A program made the translations under genes and the position numbers. A DNA stretch of 64,000 nt from an uncultured Christensenella sp. (GTDB taxonomy: Bacteria; Bacillota; Clostridia; Christensenellales; UBA3700): assembly GCA_950079155.1 (NCBI GenBank), contig CATMWH010000002.1, positions 14,929-78,928 on the forward strand, read 5' to 3'. Each line of letters begins with the position of its first letter. Position 1 is the stretch's first letter. The notes under the pieces are model-generated. The model was not told the origin of the DNA, ran no database searches, and was given only the letters and a program-made list of their open reading frames with translations. Below, in pieces: positions 20,459 through 29,532 of this stretch.

Positions 20459-20668
20459 TTTTTCCTCCTTTCCGACATAGATTTTTATTTGTTTTCGTCG
20501 GAACAAAGTCTTAATGTACCTTAATTTTAACATCTAATATTCGTTCGTTCAATACACAAAATTTGGCAATGGACAAACAAATATCCTTTAACTCAGATAT
20601 ATTTCTTGCATAACAGGCAATTTATAGTATATAATTTTAGATATAAAGACTGCGAGAGACATACTGTG

Positions 20669-21910
20669 ATGATAAAGAATGTAAAAAACTTAAGACTATA
20701 CAACCTTAAAGGCTCTCTATTAAATGATTTTGCAGAATTTGAACAAAATCATCTGCAAGCCTTTGACCTTATCGGAAAATTGATTACTTTTGCCGAAAGA
20801 CACGCCGTACAAGGCAATGCCTGGCACTACTATATAGCTTATTTTATAGCAAGCAACGAAAACACGTTTTCCCTTGCGTGCGAGAGAAAACAAAGCGTAA
20901 ACGGAACGCTATTGGATTTTGCATACGACGATTGCCGTATTCTTATGGAAGCATTTAATACTTCGCCATCCATATTGCCTACGGCAGAAAATAGTCTAAA
21001 ACACATTACTTACTTTAAAAGTACTCTTACAAAGTCCTCTTTCCCTTACGCGCATCTTATCGAAAAATTTACCGAGCGCCTTTCAAAGTGTAAGACGACG
21101 CAAACATTTTTGGATACAGTAGTGGAATTTTACCAAGCATACGGAGTTGGCGAACTCGGACTCAACAAAGCCTTTAGAGTAGTTGACGAAAATAATCGCG
21201 CCAAACTCGTACCCATCACCTGTATGGATACCAAGCGCCTTCAAGACCTAGTAGGATACGAATTGCAAAAGCAAAAGGTTATGCAGAATACCAAAGCTTT
21301 TCTTGAAGGGAAAAAAGCAAACAACGTGCTTCTTTACGGAGATATGGGCACAGGCAAATCTTCGACGATAAAAGCCCTTATAAACGAATTCTATGAAGAC
21401 GGTTTGCGAGTCATAGAACTGTATAAACATCAATTTATGCATATCAGCGACCTGATAAGCAAAATTGCAGGCCGCAATTATAAATACATACTTTATCTTG
21501 ACGACCTCTCCTTTGACGACTTTGAGGTGGAATACAAATATTTTAAGGCCATTATAGACGGCGGACTTGAAGTCAAGCCCGACAATGTGCTTATCTATGC
21601 GACGTCCAACCGCAGACATCTGATAAAAGAACATTACAGCGACGGCAACGACATAGACCCTATGGACGAACTCCACAAGTCGGATACAAAGAACGAAAAA
21701 CTTTCTCTCGTGGCGCGCTTTGGACTTTCGATATACTATCCATCGCCCGATCAACAGGAGTTTCTCAATATCGTGCGCCAACTTGCCAAGAGATACGGCG
21801 TCGATATAGACGATACGACTTTAGAGAAAAGGGCATTGACTTGGGCAATCCGTAACGGTATGAAATCTGGACGTATGGCTGAACAATTCGTGCTTTCTCT
21901 ATTGCATTGA
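20669..21910 (+). CDS. P-loop ATPase of the DUF815 / AAA-like family
   Basis: Walker A LLYGDMGTGKSS and Walker B-like ILYLDDLSF. The track start at 20606 is TTG; the in-frame ATG at 20669 is preferred. Confidence 0.7.
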   Translation: MIKNVKNLRLYNLKGSLLNDFAEFEQNHLQAFDLIGKLITFAERHAVQGNAWHYYIAYFIASNENTFSLACERKQSVNGTLLDFAYDDCRILMEAFNTSPSILPTAENSLKHITYFKSTLTKSSFPYAHLIEKFTERLSKCKTTQTFLDTVVEFYQAYGVGELGLNKAFRVVDENNRAKLVPITCMDTKRLQDLVGYELQKQKVMQNTKAFLEGKKANNVLLYGDMGTGKSSTIKALINEFYEDGLRVIELYKHQFMHISDLISKIAGRNYKYILYLDDLSFDDFEVEYKYFKAIIDGGLEVKPDNVLIYATSNRRHLIKEHYSDGNDIDPMDELHKSDTKNEKLSLVARFGLSIYYPSPDQQEFLNIVRQLAKRYGVDIDDTTLEKRALTWAIRNGMKSGRMAEQFVLSLLH

Positions 21911-22071
21911 TAGAAATTCTTTGATTTTATTTACATATAATAAAGGCGGTATATATTGCTTAAAACCGCGTAATATGATATACTATACAAAACAAGTCAA
22001 TACTCCGCCCATTGCAAATTCAAGGCAATTTGTAGGGGCGTACAAATACAAAAACAGTTGAGAGGTGTAAA

Positions 22072-23103
22072 ATGACCACGTTAATGCAACAAGAAATTTT
22101 CAGCGAGCCGTCTATGATGAAACGCACTATAAACGCTTGCAAACCCGTATTGCCTGCTATTTATAAGGCTTTCAATGACAAAGGAATTACCAATATCGTA
22201 ACTATGGCGAGAGGTACTTCCGACAACGCAGCAACGGTATTTTCTTTCGTATGCCCGCTTATCACCGGCATAAAAGTAGGAAAATATCATCCGTCGTTGA
22301 CTACCGTATACGACAGCAACGTCGATATGAAAAATACCTGTATGGTAATAATTTCTCAAAGCGGTATGTCCAAAGATACCGTAGCCGTAATGGAAAAGGC
22401 TATTAAAAACGGCGCTATGACAATTGCCGTAACCAACAATGAAGACAGCCCGATTGCAAAAACGTGCGACTTCCATCTATTTATGGACGTTGAAGAAGAA
22501 AAAAGCGTCGCCGCTACAAAGACCTATATAGGCGAACTTTTTGCATTATATATGCTTACAAGCGCGCTTAAAGGCGATTTTAATGCAAGTTATGCGTATC
22601 TTGCCGACAGAATACAGGAGATACTCAATCTCAATCCTACGATTGAAAGCGCGGCAAAGAATTTGCAGACGCTCAACAACTTTATCGTATTATCGCGCGG
22701 CACTATGCTTGGCACCGGAGACGAGTGCGCGTTGAAATTGACGGAGTGCTGTTATCTTTTCAATCGCTCTTATTCTTCCGCCAACTTTATGCACGGTCCG
22801 CTTTCGCTTCTTGACGAAAACGCCAACGTAATTATGCTTGCCCCCAAAGGCAACTTCGACGCCGAATTTGCGGCAATGGCGCAAAGAATAAACGGACTTG
22901 GCGCAAATCTAACTGCATTTAGCAATATTCCGGAAGTACTTGCCTGCGCAAATAACGCTATTGTTATGCCGGATGCAGACGTCTTTGAAGCCCCGGTACT
23001 GTATGGCACTGCAGTAAGCCTCTTGGCGCTCAATATAGGACTTGCCAAGGGTCTCAACGTAGACGCTCCGCGAAACCTTAACAAAGTCACCATAACGCTT
23101 TAG
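22072..23103 (+). CDS. Double-SIS-domain sugar-phosphate isomerase/deaminase (GlmS-isomerase / AgaS / FrlB-like)
   Basis: MARGTSDNAA and IISQSGMSKDT SIS motifs in the first half; a second SIS-like half follows. RBS GAGAGG precedes the ATG. Confidence 0.75.
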   Translation: MTTLMQQEIFSEPSMMKRTINACKPVLPAIYKAFNDKGITNIVTMARGTSDNAATVFSFVCPLITGIKVGKYHPSLTTVYDSNVDMKNTCMVIISQSGMSKDTVAVMEKAIKNGAMTIAVTNNEDSPIAKTCDFHLFMDVEEEKSVAATKTYIGELFALYMLTSALKGDFNASYAYLADRIQEILNLNPTIESAAKNLQTLNNFIVLSRGTMLGTGDECALKLTECCYLFNRSYSSANFMHGPLSLLDENANVIMLAPKGNFDAEFAAMAQRINGLGANLTAFSNIPEVLACANNAIVMPDADVFEAPVLYGTAVSLLALNIGLAKGLNVDAPRNLNKVTITL

Positions 23104-23120
23104 TATCAGCAATATCAACG

Positions 23121-23150
23121 ATACGCTCCCGATTTGGGAGCGTATTTTTT
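23121..23150 (+). terminator. Rho-independent terminator of the SIS gene
   Basis: atacgctccc-gattt-gggagcgtat followed by tttttt. Confidence 0.8.
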
Positions 23151-23196
23151 ATGTGTTTTGCTTTCGCCTGAGCGCGCTCAAAAGGTGTGATTGAGA

Positions 23197-23237
23197 ATAT
23201 AAAAGAGGCTGTTGCAAATACCGTATGCGACAGCCTC
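23197..23237 (-). terminator. Probable terminator of the DUF5050-like lipoprotein gene
   Basis: Stem gaggctgt...acagcctc; on the minus strand it is followed by ttttat. Confidence 0.5.
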
Positions 23238-23260
23238 TTTCAACTCTTATTATTTAAAAT

Positions 23261-24790
23261 TTATTTATCGTCTTCCTCTTCGTATATTGCCTCTGCATAT
23301 TTTTGAGCGTCATCGGAAGTCATAAACTTAGGTATCTGATAATACTTCACACCCTCTTCGTTTGCATCCTCAGCGACGTACTTGATGACTATTTTATCGT
23401 CGTCGTTTTTGATTAGCGTTGCTTTGCGAGTACCGCTGACTATCTCGCCTTTTGCAAATACATAGTTATTGTTTTCTCCTACGAAAGCCGTAAGGTCAAT
23501 TCTATACATATAATTATAGGTATTGTCAATAAAGTACAAATAATTATCAATTACCGAACGCGTGAGCCACGAAGTATGAATTGCGTCTTCGCTCAATTGT
23601 TGAGTTACGGCATTCTTATCGGTAAAATCAATCTTATAAAGCGTGTTGCTCAATATATAGTACATATCATTGCCGTCAATCTTAATTATTTCTGCGCCGG
23701 TAGCAGAAAGCGTAGCGCCCTTTTGAGTATCGTTTTCGCCTGCCGTCTCAGATATAGCCTTGTAAATTTGCAACTCAGCCGCTGCTGTATAAAGTATTCC
23801 TTTATCTCCGCCGAGATTGATTATAGACGCTCCGGTGAGAGCCGAAGTAGAGTATCTCACTTCCTTCGCCGTGTCAAAAGAATAACTTTCATCAAATTTA
23901 TAAGCGTAGGTCGAAGTCTTCTTAGACGCGTCAGCGTCATTGCTCACCTTGGTGTAGAAAAGCGTATTTTCCTTTGCGTCAAAAGATAGGAGCGCAAATG
24001 TATATTGTTTCTTCAAGTTATTTTCGCTCAAGTCACCTTCTTTATCGTAAGTAGTATCTTCTGTAATTGCTTTAACTCCGCCGTTTACATAAACATAAAT
24101 ATTATTGTTGAGACGCACTTTGGAATCGCTGGCTTTCAAAAAGAATACCACGTTTGACTTTGCTGTAAATAAGACTGAAGTTACGTCCTCTTGAATATTC
24201 TCTGCTTTCTTATTGATTTTTTCATTGTCATAACCCACTTTTTTCAAAACGCTGTCTTCATAATATATAAACGCTTTGTCCGTAAAAGTATATTGAGTGG
24301 AATTTGACGTCAGCGTAGCGATTTCTTGAGTCTTAGTTCCGTCTATTTTGGTACGGAAAGCAACAGATTGAGACGACAATACGTTTGACTTATTGTCAGC
24401 CTTAGTATTGGGCGAAAGATAATATATCCACTCTCCGTAGATATAAAAACCGCCGTTTGAAGCCGCAGTGTAAAACATCTTCGGCACTACGACTGCCGTT
24501 TCGCTCAAATTGCCTTCAGCGTCTATTTTGCTCTTCATAATACTTCCCTTGACAGACGCCTTACCGAAAGCGTTATCTTCGGGCTTTACGATGTTTGACG
24601 TAGAATCCATTCCGTTGACGTAATAGAGATATCCGCCCTGCTGTACGACAAGTCCGCCGTTATTGACAACCGGACTGTCCTTGTATTCCGTTGTGCCCAC
24701 TGGACCGAAAGAAGGATTGCAACCCGTAAAAATCGCAATACCCATACAGACCACAAGGCAAATTATCAAAATTACTGATATTTTTTTCAT
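23261..24790 (-). CDS. Lipoprotein with DUF5050-like (YWTD/beta-propeller-type) repeats
   Basis: Lipobox IFTGC. Recurrent aromatic blade-like motifs: YLYYVNG, WIYYLS, FIYYED, LFYTK, MYYILSNTLYKIDF, YLYFIDNTYNYMYRIDL. Start at ATG 24790 (MKKISV). Confidence 0.65.
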   Translation of the reverse strand: MKKISVILIICLVVCMGIAIFTGCNPSFGPVGTTEYKDSPVVNNGGLVVQQGGYLYYVNGMDSTSNIVKPEDNAFGKASVKGSIMKSKIDAEGNLSETAVVVPKMFYTAASNGGFYIYGEWIYYLSPNTKADNKSNVLSSQSVAFRTKIDGTKTQEIATLTSNSTQYTFTDKAFIYYEDSVLKKVGYDNEKINKKAENIQEDVTSVLFTAKSNVVFFLKASDSKVRLNNNIYVYVNGGVKAITEDTTYDKEGDLSENNLKKQYTFALLSFDAKENTLFYTKVSNDADASKKTSTYAYKFDESYSFDTAKEVRYSTSALTGASIINLGGDKGILYTAAAELQIYKAISETAGENDTQKGATLSATGAEIIKIDGNDMYYILSNTLYKIDFTDKNAVTQQLSEDAIHTSWLTRSVIDNYLYFIDNTYNYMYRIDLTAFVGENNNYVFAKGEIVSGTRKATLIKNDDDKIVIKYVAEDANEEGVKYYQIPKFMTSDDAQKYAEAIYEEEDDK

Positions 24791-24987
24791 TCTTAAACTC
24801 CTATTTAGCGAACGAATCATATAATAGCAAGTATAATTATAATATAATATTAATTATATTGCAATAAGATTTTGAATAATTTTTCATTTTGTTTGAACAA
24901 ATGATACGCTTCCGCAAATAAAATTATACTCTCTTTGCAAAAATCCTCAAAATTTTTTAAAATAGTTTACGTCGCAACTCTCGTTTG

Positions 24988-26427
24988 CTAACTACTAACT
25001 TTTTCAAGTTGAGATGTCTCGATAAGACCGTCGTTTGCTTCTTGCAACTTTTTATACTTATCTACTCTAACGCACGGTTTTTGCATACTCAACGCCAAAA
25101 ATATGAGAAGATAGGGATAAGTATAAGTAAACGAGTTGCCAAATACCGCAGAAATTAAATACGAAAACGTCACGGCAAGCAAAGTCAAATCGCAAACTGT
25201 GAGCGCTTTTCTGGCTTTTACCGCTCTGATAAACCACCATATCACCGTGCCGATATACATCACAAGCCCTGGAATGCCTATATTGCTTGCCATCGTTATA
25301 TATTCGTTGTGCGACACGTCAAGAGAAGTATCATAGATATTATTTCCGTGATATAAGTCAAGACCTTTGCCAAACCAAGGCACTTGCTTAATTACAGCAA
25401 TAGTGCGGACCCAAAGCCCAAATCTGCCGGTACCCGCAGAACTGTTGTTGCCTCCGCCATCTCCGCTTTCTCCTGGCGAAATCACTCGCTTAATATCTTT
25501 AAACAACTGTACGTAAGATTCCCACATATTTGTTCTGCCGGAAATCTCAATTATGAGGTTGACTGCTCCAGACAAAGCACAAGCCGCCAGGAGTCGTTTC
25601 CAATTGAGTTTTTTTGTGATAAAACCGCTGCAAATTATAAAGAATATGGCGCCTATATACGCTATATTCGCGCCCAAAGTGTTGCACGCCAGAAGATTGA
25701 AAATATTCAACGGCAGTAGAATCGCCGACAAGAATATCTGCCACTTCTTCTTAGAATATACCAATGCTCCAAACGTCGCGGTCGACGACATTGCCAAGAA
25801 GTAACCGTAATGATTTGAGTTGTTGAATACTCCCGCTTTCAACGATGTGGGAATGCTGTAATTTGTGACCTCAATTCCTATAAATACAAAGCATATCAGC
25901 CCTGCCATACATATAAAAGTCCAAAGCATCGCTTCTTTTGCCCATTTAATTTCATCTCTGATTGCATACGCCGAAAGAAATACTACGGCGTATTGCAAGA
26001 CGGTGAAATAGCCTTCGTTGATATACCCCGCGCCATAAAGTGATTTTTCAAAATACGGAGATTTGAAAGTAGATATAAGCGCCCATATAAGCATAAATGC
26101 AAAAGGAAAAAGTATTAGATGATCTTGCGTAAATTTACCTAATTTAACTGTGCTTTTTTCGACGTTCACATATATTTTGACAATATAATATGTCAACAAA
26201 AATACCGTCAGAAGCATTGAGCAAAACTTAAAATACAACTGAGAATAGTACATAAAATGCGACCTGTTTGACACAGTGTTTGTTACAGTACCAACAAGTG
26301 TCAAACAAAAGAACGCCTGCAGCAGCACGAGCATAACGCCTGCAAACAAAACGTACGCCACTTTTTTTTGTAGTACTTCAAATTTCTGACTTCTTTTGTT
26401 TATTTCACCGATTGCTGCAAATCTCAT
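24988..26427 (-). CDS. O-antigen ligase / polymerase family (Wzy_C-like) polytopic membrane protein
   Basis: At least ten hydrophobic segments. NSNHYGYFLAMS and a periplasmic-loop-like segment ...SHNEYITMASNIGIPG... resemble the family signature. Confidence 0.65.
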   Translation of the reverse strand: MRFAAIGEINKRSQKFEVLQKKVAYVLFAGVMLVLLQAFFCLTLVGTVTNTVSNRSHFMYYSQLYFKFCSMLLTVFLLTYYIVKIYVNVEKSTVKLGKFTQDHLILFPFAFMLIWALISTFKSPYFEKSLYGAGYINEGYFTVLQYAVVFLSAYAIRDEIKWAKEAMLWTFICMAGLICFVFIGIEVTNYSIPTSLKAGVFNNSNHYGYFLAMSSTATFGALVYSKKKWQIFLSAILLPLNIFNLLACNTLGANIAYIGAIFFIICSGFITKKLNWKRLLAACALSGAVNLIIEISGRTNMWESYVQLFKDIKRVISPGESGDGGGNNSSAGTGRFGLWVRTIAVIKQVPWFGKGLDLYHGNNIYDTSLDVSHNEYITMASNIGIPGLVMYIGTVIWWFIRAVKARKALTVCDLTLLAVTFSYLISAVFGNSFTYTYPYLLIFLALSMQKPCVRVDKYKKLQEANDGLIETSQLEKVSS

Positions 26428-26463
26428 ATGTTTATTTTAAACCAATGGCAATTCGTTTGTCAA

Positions 26464-26494
26464 TAGCAAAACCCGACTTCGAGGTCGGGTTTTG
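26464..26494 (-). terminator. Hairpin terminator (bidirectional shape) after the Wzz-like gene
   Basis: aaaacccgac-ttcgag-gtcgggtttt, flanked by an A-run and a T-run. Confidence 0.7.
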
Positions 26495-26528
26495 TCAAAA
26501 TTTGTATAATTTATTCTTTTACTTTTTC

Positions 26529-28013
26529 TTACTCAACATCGTCAGGTGTTATATCTTCGCCGGTCGAGTCTTCCAATCCTTGAACGGGCAAGCCCTGAGG
26601 CTCGGCATTAGCCTCGTCGTTGACTTGACTGTTTTCTATCAAAACAACTTCTTGCGCATCTTCTTCGGCTGCTTTCTTTTTGAGTTTCATTGCGCCCTTT
26701 TTGCTTGTCACGACCATTGCCACTATAACAGCAATTATCAATACCATCAATTCTACTATCAAGCCCACTCTCAATGTTATAGGCGAATTTGTCGATTGAG
26801 TCGGCACCGCCGTCATTCTAACAATCGAACTTACGTTGTAGCCGCTGTTATATTCATCAATCATATTTTTGTAAGCAACAATGAGTGAATTATACTCATT
26901 GATAGCCTCGAGTTCGAGAGTGTTCGCAGTACTTATAAGCGCGGCTTTTTGCGCTTCGGTCTTCCCCTCAAAGTCTTGAGTATTGAAATAGGTCTTACGA
27001 GTCTCCCAAGCATTTTTTTCATTCTGGGCAAGCGTCTTGTTACTTACTGCTATGCTTATTGCCTCAGTAACCGCCTTTGTATCTGATGGGTTGACTATTA
27101 TGGTACCGGAGTTTGGCAAATTGACATCTTTATTTTGCATTATCAAGTCCAACACTTCGTTGAACGTTTTTATCTCTTGTTCATAGATTGCAATCTTATC
27201 GCTAGCCTCTTTTAATTTCAACTCTACGTATTGAGTCTCGCCGTGCGCATTTATTCCGTTAAACAGTATGAAATTGAGATAGTTTTCCAATTTTTGCGAT
27301 GCCATTTGAATACGAGTATTTAAAGAAGCAAAGGACATATCTTGACTGGTCGACACAAAAGCAGGCGCTTTCTCTGACCAAGTCTTACTTTCTTCAGAGA
27401 ATGCATTGAGATATCCTCGTATTGTATCGTATTTTTGGAAAGCGTTATAACTGTCCAAAACAGTCAAGTTTCCCAACGACGTACTGAAAGAAAATTTTCT
27501 CTTGAATGACTCAATATGATTAGTCGTAACTGCGCTCAAAATATTATTGTAATCGTTTCTTGATTTTAAAAATTTATCTATAGCAGCATCTTGCGACAAA
27601 ACAATTCTATAACTGTAATTTGCGCTCATCAATACTCCGGACTCGTTGACCGTCTCGTTGTCAACCGTCGAAATTACATTTAAATTTCTTATAATCAAAT
27701 TGACCAAAGCGTCTTTTTCTTCGTTGCTGTATTGCAATTTATCAAGAGCCGTCGATACGTTATTTGCAGACTTGACGTCCGATACCACGTCCTCTTGACC
27801 GCCCCAAGGGTTTTCTCCAAGTTCTGCACCCGAATAATAATAAGTAATTCTCGTTTCATATTGGCTTTGACTTACAAATATGTCGCATATACCCAAAATT
27901 CCGCCGCAAACAATGAGCGCAATAAAAGCGTATACTATTATTCTCACTCCGCTCTTTTTAATTTGTTGCCAAATCTTTTTAAAAGTCAACTCGCTGTTGA
28001 TATTCTCTTCCAT
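26529..28013 (-). CDS. Polysaccharide co-polymerase (Wzz / chain-length determinant)-like protein
   Basis: Bitopic PCP-type topology: N-terminal TM (IIVYAFIALIVCGGILGI), long coiled/extracellular middle, C-terminal TM (LIVELMVLIIAVIVAMVV), then an acidic tail. Start at ATG 28013 (MEENIN) after GGAGGG. Adjacent to the O-antigen-ligase-like gene. Confidence 0.55.
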   Translation of the reverse strand: MEENINSELTFKKIWQQIKKSGVRIIVYAFIALIVCGGILGICDIFVSQSQYETRITYYYSGAELGENPWGGQEDVVSDVKSANNVSTALDKLQYSNEEKDALVNLIIRNLNVISTVDNETVNESGVLMSANYSYRIVLSQDAAIDKFLKSRNDYNNILSAVTTNHIESFKRKFSFSTSLGNLTVLDSYNAFQKYDTIRGYLNAFSEESKTWSEKAPAFVSTSQDMSFASLNTRIQMASQKLENYLNFILFNGINAHGETQYVELKLKEASDKIAIYEQEIKTFNEVLDLIMQNKDVNLPNSGTIIVNPSDTKAVTEAISIAVSNKTLAQNEKNAWETRKTYFNTQDFEGKTEAQKAALISTANTLELEAINEYNSLIVAYKNMIDEYNSGYNVSSIVRMTAVPTQSTNSPITLRVGLIVELMVLIIAVIVAMVVTSKKGAMKLKKKAAEEDAQEVVLIENSQVNDEANAEPQGLPVQGLEDSTGEDITPDDVE

Positions 28014-28260
28014 AGTCCCTCCGTAGGCTATAATATCAATAAAATTCAATAATAGTATAACACCGTCAACCCTAATTATGCAATCATAAATTGCGTAATG
28101 TTTTTGTATTTAGGAAAAATTTATACAAAATTTTACAAAATTTTCACTTATTTAGCCAAAATACCGTTCTCTACCTGCCTTTTGCCACTCCCAAATACTG
28201 TCTGCATTGACACACTATACCTTTATAATTTATTTTATCCATATTTAATCCATAAATTGC

Positions 28261-28289
28261 TTGCCAAAAACCGTTTTTTATGATAATAT
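28261..28289 (+). promoter_or_regulatory. Candidate sigma-70 type promoter of tRNA-Ser
   Basis: TTGCCA, 17 nt spacer, then TAATAT preceded by TGA (extended -10). It lies about 70 nt upstream of the tRNA 5' end. Confidence 0.4.
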
Positions 28290-28356
28290 TTCAGTTGTTC
28301 ACGCAAGTGACACCCAAAATCTTCCCATAGATTTTGTAAAACATAATAAATTTTAT

Positions 28357-28446
28357 AGAGAGTTGGCTGAGTGGTCGAAGGCGCACGATTGGAAATCGTG
28401 TGAACGGGAAACCGTTCCGAGGGTTCAAATCCCTCACTCTCTGCCA
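28357..28446 (+). tRNA. tRNA-Ser (anticodon GGA) with encoded CCA
   Basis: Folded by hand. Acceptor agagagt/actctct; anticodon stem cacga/tcgtg with loop ttGGAaa; long variable arm gaacgg-gaaa-ccgttc; T arm gaggg-ttcaaat-ccctc; discriminator g + cca. Confidence 0.9.
28436..28446 (+). repeat. 11-nt att core (actctctgcca) = tRNA-Ser 3' end; direct repeat of 54738-54748
   Basis: The identical 11-mer occurs at both positions. It is read in the same frame (tct ctg cca = SLP) at both sites. Confidence 0.7.
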
Positions 28447-28650
28447 CAGGTGAATAATACGAACCCACGGATAGATGAGTTCGTATTTTTCTTTTCAAGA
28501 GACTATTTTGGCGTATGTGTTAAGACCAAAATCGCTTCACCAGAACCACCCACCCCAACGTCTTGGCAAAATCAAATAAGAGATAGTTTAGGTTGCTTTA
28601 CAAAATAATTCAATATAGGCATATCGAGATAATTCGGTATGCCTATTTTT
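28447..28650 (+). repeat. tRNA-downstream module D1 (two terminator-like hairpins plus a conserved reading frame); homologous to D2 at 54749-54950
   Basis: Alignable by eye: tacgaac...gttcgta+T-run, tttgg(c/a)gt(a/g)tg, ttggcaaa.tcaa...tag(t)t(t/c)tagg(t/c)tg(c/t)ttt.caaaataa, then a second hairpin + T-run (ataggcata...tatgcctat tttttt versus gcgtatcg...cggtacgc tttttt). Confidence 0.7.
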
Positions 28651-28711
28651 TATTCAATCCCCTATTTATTTTAATTCAATATACTTATAGATAATTCAGC
28701 AAAATTATAAA

Positions 28712-28974
28712 CCTTACTTTTATTGCCTTTCGGGGTGGCTATCGTAGCACAATTCTCCCGCCTGTCAACCGCAAAAAAATATCGCTTAAGCAGTAAACTC
28801 TATTTCGTTACCAGATTATAAATTTGTTTTGCCTACATTTATGCAATATTTTTTTGTATGGCTTTCTACTCATTAAATTGTCGGTTGACAGTTGGCTTGA
28901 GATTTTTACGTTTGAAAATTCCTACCCGAATTGTGCTACGATGCCCCCTTGTCCGAAAGGCAATAAAATTAAGG
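28712..28974 (+). repeat. Hairpin A: 263-nt imperfect inverted repeat immediately upstream of the small-gene operon (ssDNA-promoter / single-strand-origin-like)
   Basis: Paired blocks: ccttacttttattgcctttcgg / ccgaaaggcaataaaattaagg; atcgtagcacaattc / gaattgtgctacgat; tgtcaaccg / cggttgaca; caaaaaaatatcgc / gcaatatttttttg. The 3' arm carries TTGACA (28885-28890). A homologous copy lies at 56155-56412, with compensatory changes. Confidence 0.75.
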
Positions 28975-28984
28975 AGTAAAAAAT

Positions 28985-29290
28985 ATGGAAAAAGTGAATG
29001 TTAGGTATTACGTAAAGAGATTGAACTCTCAAAGCACCGGTTATTCCGGAAGTGGTTATTTGTTGAATGGTGATTTGCATATCCCATCTTTCAAAGATGA
29101 AAACGAAGATTATTTAGTTTTGTATGACGCTACAAAGTATTGTAGAAAAGTCTTTGACAAAGAAAACGAATACAAAGGAAATATCACGGTTTATCAAGAC
29201 GACGTAACGGTCTACAACGAAGAACGAGATAGATACGAAACTATTGACTGTCTAGAAACGACTTATTACGTTTGGTACAAAATCATATAG
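28985..29290 (+). CDS. Hypothetical small protein (101 aa), first gene of the early operon
   Basis: ORF track. AAGGAG RBS 8 nt upstream. Tight spacing to the following genes. Confidence 0.6.
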   Translation: MEKVNVRYYVKRLNSQSTGYSGSGYLLNGDLHIPSFKDENEDYLVLYDATKYCRKVFDKENEYKGNITVYQDDVTVYNEERDRYETIDCLETTYYVWYKII

Positions 29291-29301
29291 GAAGGTGAAT
29301 T

Positions 29302-29517
29302 ATGCTTGAATACGATTATTATCATTCAGACCATTTTGTAACGTTTGACGTCATTGAAATCAATGATGAAGAAGAAACAATCACTCTTGCTATAAGTAAT
29401 CAAGGCAAGATTAGCCAAGATACTTTTCCCCTTTTTGAAGATAAGGACGGACAGCAATATTTTGAGTATGGACCTTGCTTTGAAAAGATTTACGTTGATG
29501 AATTTGTAATTTTATAA
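29302..29517 (+). CDS. Hypothetical small acidic protein (71 aa)
   Basis: ORF track. GGAAGG RBS. Strongly acidic sequence (DVIEINDEEETI...). Confidence 0.55.
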   Translation: MLEYDYYHSDHFVTFDVIEINDEEETITLAISNQGKISQDTFPLFEDKDGQQYFEYGPCFEKIYVDEFVIL

Positions 29518-29532
29518 AAAGGAGATACAAAT

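Noticed and set aside
28235-28608. ORFs 28235..28498 (-) and 28261..28608 (+)
   Set aside because: Both read straight through tRNA-Ser. Only the part of the plus frame downstream of the att core (module D1) is interesting, and that is treated as a recombinase-tail remnant rather than as this ORF.
28885-28913. Ordinary dsDNA promoter reading of TTGACA in hairpin A (TTGACA-N16-TACGTT)
   Set aside because: The -10 candidate is weak (CACGTT in copy C). It is kept only as part of the hairpin hypothesis and not annotated as a separate promoter.
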